A program made the translations under genes and the position numbers. Under the pieces are notes generated by a model, which was not told where the DNA came from, searched no databases, and saw only the letters and a program-made list of their open reading frames with translations. DNA of 64,000 nucleotides, taken from positions 1,054,001 through 1,118,000 of the forward strand of contig AP024664.1 of NCBI GenBank assembly GCA_024346625.1, written 5' to 3'. How positions within the stretch are numbered: position 1 is the first letter of the stretch; each line of letters begins with the position of its first letter. Positions 51,901-61,000 of this stretch are shown in pieces. This DNA is from Williopsis jadinii (lineage: Eukaryota).

Positions 51901-52954
51901 CTGTGTCCACTGCCGTATTCTTTTCCTTAGATGCAGCAATATCAGCTTCATTCTTAGAGATTTCTTCCTTCAATTGGGCAACTTTACTATCAAGTTCTTC
52001 TTTAATAGCAGCATGTTCACCGTTAATGTCGTTCTGTTTCGCCAATTCACGGTCATTCTGAGTAACTTGTAACTGCAACAGCTCCAACTGCAACTCATAT
52101 TCAGATCTCTTTGCCTGTAGCACTCTTGCTGCAATCTCAGCTCTCTTTTGGGAAATGACGCTGTCGTGAATCTCCTGCAAATGTTGCTTCTCTTTCGTTT
52201 CAGCGTCGAGCACAGTGGCTTCCTTATCCTTTACTAACTTCTCATCAGCCTCAGTGTTGAGCTTTTCATGTTCTTCAACTTTAGTTTCGATTTCACCATG
52301 TGTCTTCTTGTCAAATGCAGCTATTTGTCTGTCGTAATCAGCAATGGACTTCTCGAGCTCTGCAATTCTGCGATCATGCTCAACGTCAAACTTGTTTCTG
52401 TCAAGATCCAATTTTCTCTTGAACTTGGCAAATCTTGTGGAAATCTTGTTGTGATCTTTCAATGCATCCAGCTCTTTTCTCTTTTGACGTTTCAGCTCTC
52501 TGAGATCGTGCTGCTGAACTGCCTTCTTATCGATTGTCTGAAGGTCACCGGCCAGTCTAGCCCTCGCGATATCCAGGATTTTACTCTCGGGCATCTTCAA
52601 GCCACCACCAAGATCAATGATTGGCTGGACAACAATCTTCTTCTTTGGAGCTTCTGTAGTTGTAGCAGGTCCGTCGAGCTGAGATTCAACAGTCTTCTGA
52701 ACAGGCGTTCCACTGGCAGCCTCATCCTTCTCAGTAGTGACACTTTCAGATATGACACTAGTCGCAGGAGCTTCAACTTTTGAAGCACCAACTTTTGGAG
52801 CTCTAGCTGGTGAAGAAGAGCTCTGAGTAACAGAAGAGCCTGGTGCCCTACTGCTTCTGAACGGAGAAACCCACTCTTTTTCGTCTCTCACAGTATTGAC
52901 CGCGCTTCTGAACCCGGCTGCTGTCACAACCTTCTCAGGGGATATCGCTGACAT
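48962..52954 (-). CDS. Eisosome1-family (Eis1-like) coiled-coil protein with a long low-complexity tail
   Basis: IDLGGGLKMPESKILDIARARLAGDLQTIDKKA resembles the Eisosome1 signature. It is followed by a long coiled coil and an A/T/E/P/V-rich tail; 1330-aa ORF. Confidence 0.7.
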   Translation of the reverse strand: MSAISPEKVVTAAGFRSAVNTVRDEKEWVSPFRSSRAPGSSVTQSSSSPARAPKVGASKVEAPATSVISESVTTEKDEAASGTPVQKTVESQLDGPATTTEAPKKKIVVQPIIDLGGGLKMPESKILDIARARLAGDLQTIDKKAVQQHDLRELKRQKRKELDALKDHNKISTRFAKFKRKLDLDRNKFDVEHDRRIAELEKSIADYDRQIAAFDKKTHGEIETKVEEHEKLNTEADEKLVKDKEATVLDAETKEKQHLQEIHDSVISQKRAEIAARVLQAKRSEYELQLELLQLQVTQNDRELAKQNDINGEHAAIKEELDSKVAQLKEEISKNEADIAASKEKNTAVDTEIKESEKELEASEANLEDLKTQLVTLRAGAGDRASRLKEAKEKRQLYEEEQERLRKEEEERLRKEEEERLRKEEEERLRKEEEERLRKEEEERIAQEKAEQERIAKEKEEQERIAREKQEEEERIAKEKADEEARIAKEKQEEEERIAKEKADEEAKIAAAKAEEERQAREEAEKKAKDEEDAKAASAASAAAATASSKENSSVQNAIETEAPVSKAAAPASTSEANVEHVSKSAAPTESDTQAKAFAPAVVATGATATAAAVAATGVTGTGANTAISEGTSKTVSSAPSAVSKSTDSSTKLTPTKSSEQKKKKSGLFSIFKSKSRENKESKHHHGGAVAAGVVGGTIAVGGTAAAVTATGASKAADVTGSAATKVANTIPVSKSTDIAQSAGEVPQATSKTPSEPVVLSETQPLAKAAEIVDAKDAGIVTEPKEESEAEPLVTEPAVQSVAEPVTVTGSDSFPESASVAATAPAIVAVTKTTESGVTPNGDELQQSITEQENTGSEDYKEHVPVIDTIPGTLVESTVTESEDAVPVEKSVDSEVPVGALNGDISSVETIESDLIEAFADAQEEPQPKVVAPAIIAVPPEVETNAEGSLGASTAQAETPTLEAPENTTKSTTGDVDADSEAQAVKNGVHEPIIDEATEFKAKVIDEGNPVIAIVADDPNITLEPITAEEAKNEKEVLAVFTGDVPVENVKTDTQVAADALTTLPTPPATAPSTTEGVAAEVTNKVSPAEVSTHDQSAKVGTAGAIIAAVGGATGASVAKSTDETTTTNGYVEPAPVEIPADQKFSVAGNAIGKQPSEDSSAKPHYEEPSPVQIPPEQKFVVAPGVGSESSNDAEGTKEATVTSASTFSTLDPKVSGAVGAAGLTAAVASTAAVASGALAGDEKHHSHPSSLSTSAQRKPVPASSAEATEKKAFLKQFFSSSPGASAASSPAQDKSTAPAILIPSNGDADDDDSSLYSYRVEIVEEQVDA
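51430..51750 (-). repeat. Coding tandem repeats: (ERLRKEEE)x5 and ERIAKEK-type units
   Basis: 24-nt unit ttcctcctcttcttttctcagacg is repeated, followed by a duplicated EKQEEEERIAKEKADEEA block. Confidence 0.8.
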
Positions 52955-53519
52955 GACTGCTTCCTTGAACTGATGCTTTTACTTGGCTATCTTCCTCAAT
53001 TGATACCGGTATTATTTGTAAGGAGTAAAAGTTCCAAAATGTAAAATTTCAGGTGGAAGCTGCTGCTGTGTTTTTTTGGTTTCAGAGGGGGGGGGTTTTC
53101 CCCTGGAAGCCTCCCTCTTCGTTGCTTTCCCTTGAAACTTTGCCTGTTTGCTGGTGGGGAGATAAAGTGGCGCCAATCCTTGCAGCCAGGCTCCGAATTG
53201 GGACTCACTTTTACGTCATAAAGGCCGAATTTGGCGAAAACAGTTGACCAATGTGGAAATACGCGAGTTGTGGTAGCGTCCGAAGTGGGAAATAAGTAAA
53301 CACGCTGGCTCCCTCTTGCGTATGCACAGAATTATTTGCTTTCCCATCGGGCAGAATTATTACACCGATCGTTGTCTATGTGAAGTTGTTCTTCACTACG
53401 TAGTTTGTCTGTTTTGCTTAAAGTTGATTATTATGAATTGACAAGATTAAATACTTTACTATGGTCCTTGTTGGCGATTGCCCGGGGCTTTCTAATTGTC
53501 TAATTCTTTTTTAGTAGTT

Positions 53520-55184
53520 TTAGAGAAGTTGCGCTAGGGCCACAAGAAGGAAGGCATTGACTCCGCCAGTGGTGATGAGTTTTGGTGCTTGGTTAGCAGT
53601 CGAGTAGCTTTCAATAGACGTGGTGGAGGTGACTGCAGATGACTGGATGAACCTGTTTCCTTCTGAGGTGGTGGTAGCCTCGGTTGTGGTGATGGCCTCC
53701 TCTGAGGTGGAAGATAGTGTTGTTAGTTCAGACGATGAAGTACTTGATTCTCTTGTAGAGGATGCTCTGGAAGATGCCGATGATTCGACAGATGACTCTG
53801 AGGAGTAGGCTGAGGATTCTGATGATTTCGATGAAGAATCTGAGGTTCTTGAAGCAGACACCGACGATGAATGCGAAGAGGACGCTGAGGATGAATGAGA
53901 AGAAGACGTTGCGGATGAATGAGAAGAGGACTGTGACGACGAATGAGAAGAGGACTGTGACGACGAATGAGACGAGGACTGTGACGACGAATGAGACGAG
54001 GACTGTGACGACGAATGAGACGAGGACTGTGACGACGAATGAGACGAGGACTGTGACGAGGACTGTGACGACGAATGAGACGAGGATTCGGAGGAAGATG
54101 ACTCTGAAGACACCGAAGAGTTAGATGATTCAGAAGATGAAGCATCCTCAGATTCCCCTTGACATCCGGAGTTATCATCGAGACCAGAGTTGTCAAATGA
54201 ACAGATAACAGTATCAGCATTCGTTATCTTCACTGTATCTTGGTTGTACTCACTGTTACTGGTGTAGACGTAAGCGTTGGATCCATCAATCTCAGTACCA
54301 CTCGGCACATCTCCACATTGAATGTATGCATCCTTAACAGTAACATAGTAATATCCTTTTTCTTGAATATCCTCAGAGTCCCAATCAACAGAACCACCAG
54401 CCCATTCTTTGGTACCCTCACCAGCACTCTCAAGAACCGGCCAAAGGGATAATTGAACTCTGGAAGGTGTTTGTGGGAAGTCATATTCATCAGTTGCAGA
54501 GTTGTATGTATCAGCTTTATTCAATGTTCTAACAACCTTACCATCAAGAGACCATGAAACATAGTCCTCTGTCCATTCAACCTCGTACTTATGGAAGTTT
54601 TCGAATGTATTGGACAAGCTGAATGCTTCCATGTTCTTCCAATTCTCAACACCTTGATGGAAATAATTCGTTTCAGCTTGCTCCAAATTGTAATTAACAA
54701 ATTCCCAGTCAATTTCATCTTGAGTGTTGGAAAATGAAATCATTGCAGAGACAACACCAGCACCACGGGAAGTCTTAAAAGTGGCACCGAATTTACCATA
54801 CCATAGGAATCTCGAAGATGACACGACTGTACCCGTTGAATCCTTTGGCATCTCTATGAGTAAACCATCATCGCTATTCTCAACGTACCCCGTGTAGTAC
54901 CAGTCTGTATCGTTTGGATTTCCCATATACTCTTCAACGTTCGGGAAACTCTGGGAACCGAAAGTGGTTTCAACATCTTTACATATTGGCATTGCCATAC
55001 ATGCTTCTGGCTTGAATGAATACTTTGGATTGCATCCACCCAAACAATTAGCACCAGTACCACATGTACCAAACTGACCACAACACGGCGCGCTCTCTGG
55101 ACACTGCGATGAAGACGAGCATGAAATCGTTGCCTGAACACTCGTAGCGAGTCCCAGTATGGAAAGAACTGCAATTGGTAACAT
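53520..55184 (-). CDS. UTR2: GH16 chitin transglycosylase Utr2/Crh2, GPI-anchored
   Basis: Signal peptide, Cys-rich chitin-binding module (CPESAPCCGQFGTCGTGANCLGGC), catalytic DEIDWEF, FPQTPSRVQLSLWP, Ser-rich stalk and hydrophobic C-terminus. Confidence 0.9.
   Translation of the reverse strand: MLPIAVLSILGLATSVQATISCSSSSQCPESAPCCGQFGTCGTGANCLGGCNPKYSFKPEACMAMPICKDVETTFGSQSFPNVEEYMGNPNDTDWYYTGYVENSDDGLLIEMPKDSTGTVVSSSRFLWYGKFGATFKTSRGAGVVSAMISFSNTQDEIDWEFVNYNLEQAETNYFHQGVENWKNMEAFSLSNTFENFHKYEVEWTEDYVSWSLDGKVVRTLNKADTYNSATDEYDFPQTPSRVQLSLWPVLESAGEGTKEWAGGSVDWDSEDIQEKGYYYVTVKDAYIQCGDVPSGTEIDGSNAYVYTSNSEYNQDTVKITNADTVICSFDNSGLDDNSGCQGESEDASSSESSNSSVSSESSSSESSSHSSSQSSSQSSSHSSSQSSSHSSSQSSSHSSSQSSSHSSSQSSSHSSSQSSSHSSATSSSHSSSASSSHSSSVSASRTSDSSSKSSESSAYSSESSVESSASSRASSTRESSTSSSELTTLSSTSEEAITTTEATTTSEGNRFIQSSAVTSTTSIESYSTANQAPKLITTGGVNAFLLVALAQLL
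53893..54086 (-). repeat. 24-bp coding minisatellite (SQSSSHSS)n in the UTR2 stalk
   Basis: Unit gaatgagacgaggactgtgacgac is repeated about 7 times. Confidence 0.9.
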
Positions 55185-55628
55185 GATTCAAATACTTAGT
55201 ATATACCACAAATTTGGGAAAAGAAGAAATCTTATGAGCAGGGAACACAAGAGCATGGGGAGGGAACCGAAGGAGCAGGTTACAATTTATATGAACAGAA
55301 ACAAATTGTTTCTCGTCGATGCGTAAATTAGAACTGTGCAGATCCTGCAAGTATGGCCCTTTAAAACGTGAATTACGCGCATCAGGGTGTCCTATCCCAG
55401 CTTTACGAAGCGCCTCACAGTAAGTCATTTTTAACACTCCCAGTGCTCAGATCTAGACCCAGGATCCAGGATGACATGTAGGCTCTAAGAACGATACACC
55501 TATAATATAACAGTCAGTGGCCTGTCTCCTTGTCCTTCACATTTAATCCTTCTCTCTCAACTCCAACCGATTGTTGCTCAAGTTTCCATTTATAGATCAC
55601 AATAGAGTTGGTTGAAGGCACTTCGACC

Positions 55629-55944
55629 ACGCGTCATGGCGCATGGGGCAGACGTATATGGTATTTTTATTATCGTTTTGGGAAATTACTGTAGGATAAG
55701 TTTTCCTTTGCCCCAACCGGCATACGCGTGAACTCGACGTTGAAAGAGTACGAAGGGCACATGCCATGTGACGTCTGCTTGTATGTAGTTAATCAACGCC
55801 AAGTTGGTAGGTAATTGAAACGCTAAAACATTGTTGTACATTAAGTGAAGGTAGAGGATTATACTGGGGAAACGAAACCGGCAAAAAACAGAGCCTGGTG
55901 ATTGGCTTGTCTCTGGCCGATGTATCATACAATACTAAATATAG
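55629..55944. promoter_or_regulatory. Two MCB sites and an Rlm1-type site upstream of UTR2
   Basis: ACGCGT at 55629-55634 and 55724-55729; CTAAATATAG (CTAW4TAG) at 55935-55944. Confidence 0.45.
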
Positions 55945-56823
55945 ATTTTCTTCTTTGAAAGTTCTTGTATTTTGTCCATTTTACAAGGCACTGTACATAA
56001 CACTGGTTTGCTATTTGTCTTGTGACTCTTGGTGGTGCCGAGGTAAAGTCTGGTAGTTCCGTTTGTTGATAGTATCCAGTGTCATCTCATAGTAGTCGAA
56101 GATTAATATGAGTGGCATCCCCGTGCTAAAGGTCTTTCTGTTGCGGAGAATATATACATCTTCCCATGCTAGTCATTGCTGAAAAGGCCCCTTGTGGGTG
56201 ACCGCACACTGGCTATCTGTTCCCTTGGCTCATAATACGTATTGCATAGTAACTACCACAGTCGCGTTTACATAATCTACATGAGATCCTGCTCATAGTA
56301 TTTATCATAAATACGAATAGTAAGTCGGATTTGTAACTACACTGTGTGTCTACCCTCCTGTCATAAAACTTGCACATGATGTATAAATGGTAGCAGATGT
56401 TGTATTTCCAATTATAGCAAATATACCCTTAACTGAGTAGACTGAACTATGGACTATACTCTCATGAAGCCCACCGCCAGTGAATACTCACTCGTAGTGC
56501 ATCATATCAAGCTTCATAAGTACAAATTGATATTGATATAATGTCCATATGCTGTCCTATCCCAAGTCTTCTGCTATTCCAGTAGCAAAATTGTTTGATA
56601 TTTTTTTCTCTCCTTTTTCACCTTCAGTCATAAGCAATTAATTTTTTCGTATCTTTGACGTCATCTTCATGGACGTCATATTTATATTCATTAGTGTCCC
56701 AAAATGAACCTGATTGTACGTCCTCAGCGAGTCACTGAAGACTCCTGACATGTCCATTTCAATTTTAGCAATATTGTATTCAACCACTTCCTTTTTCTGC
56801 TATTGGAGAAGCTAAGCATGTAC

Positions 56824-58098
56824 TTATCCCTCATTTGCTATCTCGATTGCCAACCCAATGATGATTAGCTCGTTATCACTTCCTAGGCTCCATTGAGGCT
56901 TTGCCTTTGTTCTCTTCTTCTTCAGATTCCTTTTAGCTCTAACCGGTCCTGAAGCAGTATGTCTATAAAGGAAATCCTCCGAGAAAAGCCTTATCAGCTG
57001 TGAAGCAATTTCCTCCGGGTCCAATGAAGCTGTGAGAGCCTTCAAAAGTGTCAAGTTGACTTTCACTGTCCTTTGAACACTAGACTTGCCGGTTTTATTC
57101 AGTTCAAACTGAATGCAAACATCGAACCGATTTTCTGGATAGTCATGTATCAAAGGACTTGTGTCTCGACGTCTGTCGTGCATTTTGAGATCAACCACAA
57201 GGAAATCCAAGACTAGCCATTCTATAAGATCATTTTCAGACACTTTCACCTCATTAATAGGTCTGGAAGTATCAACATGGAATCGATCGGTATTCATGGC
57301 AATGTATTTCGAAATAAACTTGGAGTCAATAATCTTGGAGCCAAAGAACAGTGCCTTGTGTGGAGAAAATCTCTCCTTCTTTTCCACTCTGTACTTCTTA
57401 GCATTTGGTTTTATAGTCCGTGGAGATGTAGGTGTACTCAGAGGTTGATGTTCACATCTCACTGAAGCCGGTGGTGTGGGATGGTTAGAAAAGCTCTCCT
57501 TGTTTAATAACAGAGGGCCGTCGAGTCCAGCACCGTTTGTTGTGTCAGTATTAGACCATTGACGGCTTTTATGGGCTGATGGTGGAACAAGACCCATCGA
57601 TGGCTTCGGTAGAGGGACAGTCGTCATATCCTTGTTAACTAAGCATTTCGGAGGAGAAATGGCTTCAAGCTCTCCAAACTCTTGAGCGGAGGGTAGTCTG
57701 CACAGTCCACGCTCCCTCGCCTCCTCAGTAGGCATCAACACCGATTCATGGTACGAAGACAATAATGGCACGCTATCATTCGCTCTCTGTTCGTCGACTA
57801 ACGGCCCAAAGTTTTGGGCGGGTAATGATATCTGTTTCTGCCTCCGTGGCAAATGCTGATACAACAGCTGCTCCGGCACGACTTGACTTGGGTACTGTCG
57901 GCTTGGTTCAACACCAGGAGGAGCAACTAACTGCGCCGGATAAATGTACACCACTTGTGTAGGCACTGTGATACCGGTATACCATGGTTGTTTCGTGGTT
58001 GTTTGTTGTATTACACTCGCTCCGTACTCAGGGTGTATACTGACAGACTGAGCGCCCTGTGGGACGTGAAAGGGGGCCTGATAAATAAAGTACGACAT
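56824..58098 (-). CDS. Hypothetical protein, 424 aa, no recognised family
   Basis: Long ATG-initiated ORF with TATAAATA about 85 bp upstream, a Q/P/Y-rich N-terminus and two basic clusters. Confidence 0.65.
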   Translation of the reverse strand: MSYFIYQAPFHVPQGAQSVSIHPEYGASVIQQTTTKQPWYTGITVPTQVVYIYPAQLVAPPGVEPSRQYPSQVVPEQLLYQHLPRRQKQISLPAQNFGPLVDEQRANDSVPLLSSYHESVLMPTEEARERGLCRLPSAQEFGELEAISPPKCLVNKDMTTVPLPKPSMGLVPPSAHKSRQWSNTDTTNGAGLDGPLLLNKESFSNHPTPPASVRCEHQPLSTPTSPRTIKPNAKKYRVEKKERFSPHKALFFGSKIIDSKFISKYIAMNTDRFHVDTSRPINEVKVSENDLIEWLVLDFLVVDLKMHDRRRDTSPLIHDYPENRFDVCIQFELNKTGKSSVQRTVKVNLTLLKALTASLDPEEIASQLIRLFSEDFLYRHTASGPVRAKRNLKKKRTKAKPQWSLGSDNELIIIGLAIEIANEG

Positions 58099-58099
58099 T

Positions 58100-61000
58100 T
58101 AACACCAAAAGAAAAATCGCACAGCGAGTTTCGATGCTTCGCAAAAGATACACTCAACTCAATCTCTTCCACTCAGTCCCTATTTATACTCTCCTTGATG
58201 TCTTTATCTAATCGGATGGCTCAGAAAAATCCAACTCTTTCATCGTAAATTTTGTTAAGTTGGTGCCCCATATCGGTTTAAGATTTCTCTTCCGACACGC
58301 AAAACAGCAGGCTGACAGCCTCGTTCAGAAGTTACAATGCAACCCACGCCTAAAAAAAAGGTGGATCAAAACATGACCTCCGGAAGATGGTCAGCATCTC
58401 GGAGGGCGTCGTCGGTCGATGAGTGTGTGGAAAAGATGAAAGGGAACGATTGGATCAGGCCTTTTTTGTCAAAGAGATCTTCATTGGAGCGTTGTGGAAG
58501 AACTTCAAGAACCAATGATATCCAATTCTACTGTCTGAGCTGAAGAGCGTCGCTGGCTCCTCAAGCAAGAATGTTTGGGATTAGCCAATCCGGACTATAC
58601 ATGCTTTTGCATCCCTCTTGGGTATATACATTTAGCGTGGACCAAACAATGTTCACCGTCCAATATACAAGTATGTCAACGCTATGTGTGACATGAGACA
58701 TACGTACATGTATAATTTGACGATCACATATGCTCATTCGAAGTATAATTTGAAATGAAGTTTGGGCGGAGCTTGAACCTCAATATTTACCGTTGTGCCG
58801 TCACCTCCTGTGCTATAAGGAAAGCAACTAGGCAGTGGAGGGTGGTCAGTTGTTAAAACGAATATGATTGTGATTAATGTTACCTGGCTCACCGTCACCC
58901 CACCAATATGTGTATGTGACCCTTACAAGAATGCTGTGGCCAAGTTGTTCGTATTTGGCCCTGATGATTAAAATCACGTTCACTACATCATGAGAGGAAC
59001 CAATGGAGTTTGGGGTATATGATACACACGGTTAAGGGCTTTATCTATTACAAGTTTGTTGTACGGTGCCTATTAGATGGAAATTGATAGTATAACATCT
59101 CTTGAAAGCCCCCCTTTAGGACCCTGGTTTTTATACTAGTGATACTTCACAAGTTAACTGAACTCATACTCAACCGATGAACCTTGTTCTAGAGGTTATA
59201 CCGTGGCAATAATATAGCCATGTTTTCTGTATAACTGATATTCGAGGAGTTTGTAACATAACAAATGAACAGCATGATCCAACAACTCTTTGCTGAATCA
59301 AATATCGATCTAGCGTCCAATGGAGTTTTGTAAGGCCTGAATGAACATGAGGCTTAATCCGCCATGCAACAAGTTGGAACTTGAAAGCACATGTTATGAG
59401 CTATAAGAGTCCACCTATCATCTTATGTTTCGATCAACTGAGGCAACACACGATGTAAAAGTCACTGACTGATAGAGTTCCCATCAAAAGGTTCAGAATC
59501 CGATGCATTTGACATTTACTATAAATTTAGAAACGGGATGGATTTGAGTTTTTTCGAGGTTACAACCTCTCCTAAGCCGTCAAAGACCTTAATACATGGT
59601 GCATTTCAATAACATATCGCACCTGACTCACATGGTATACATGGATACCATACTAAATTTTGTTGTAAAAGCCTTCAAACCCATTAAACCGCATATAGCT
59701 AATCAGACGTTGGGGGTAAAAGGAACAAACATTCAAGATCATTTCACAGACACGACTTTCGAATGAATTGGTATCACCTTGATAGGATACTTAATAATGT
59801 TCAAAGTCAGATGTATACTTCACTGTAGGTTTGATATGAGTTTTATTGACTGATGAGTTATTACCCTGTCCTTCTTGTGGGCTCTCAAGCCTCGAGCTGC
59901 ATTACATCTTCAAAGTCGTGAGTTTTCAAATATAAACTTTGATCTCAACACGATACCAAAATGCACACTTTGCAGTCAGTGAAGCGTGGCATTGTTAAAA
60001 AAACCGGACGCACAGATGATCCCTCAGCTTTCCATATGTAATATTTACTTCATATTGCATATGTAGTAAGTTGTAACATATGTGGTACATTGTAACATAT
60101 ACGTTGTAAAGGAGACCACTGGTTCGAATTTCCTTCTTTGGGCTGTTGAAGTTTGCTTCTGTGCAGTATCTGCATGGATCAGGAAACAATCACACATATT
60201 AGATACCAAAGAAATACTCCACGTCACGCTAGAATATTTTGAGAGCAGTTCACGTATATTCTGTTCTCCAGTCAAATGAGTACGTACCGCCCTTTTCCTG
60301 TGTTGGAATATCTTGCAACTTTCTGCAAAGGACATGCCTTCTGTTCATTAAATGTATAAGCCACATAAAATCTCTAACATTAGGTTATAGCTGTAAGGCA
60401 GCGGCACGCGAGGTGGTACTATACATTACTACTTTTGAGAGTTTTGCTCAAGGTCGGGTCATATCCATGTCTGTCCCAATAGTTAGCCATAACTGTCTCA
60501 TCGAGACCAATTGAACTAATACACAGTCATTCAATAAGAAGGGTATGCCAGGCCAATGAATCTCATGAATTGTTGAATAGAATTCTCAGTTGTTTATATC
60601 ACATTAACAATATTTCCGCGTTGTTTTGGACAACCGTTTGCAGGAACGTGTATACGTGTAGTAAATATGGTGACAACTGTGAAGTCATGTTAATCTAGCG
60701 AGGCGTAGAAACCAATGGTATAAGGTACAGCACAGAGCTATTGGGGAAGTTCAGCCTGTACATCCGCCATCCAACTTATTGTATAATTGCAATCGAATTC
60801 ATCTTAGTAATCATGCACGTTGTAAATTCGTCGAAGTCGATATTGAAATTGGTTAGAGGTTTGGCTTGACGTAATCAGTACCGATGGGTTAATAACAGTG
60901 TCAACAAAGGTCTATATGACTTCTAAGTAGTCCAAAGCACTGTTGAGTTCTAGTTAAACCATGTTATCTCTTGTACATAATATGGTTTTCCTTGTTATAT

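Noticed and set aside
48919..52791. Numerous antisense and alternate-frame ORFs of 100-224 aa within the EIS1-like gene
   Set aside because: They are shadows of low-complexity, codon-biased coding sequence.
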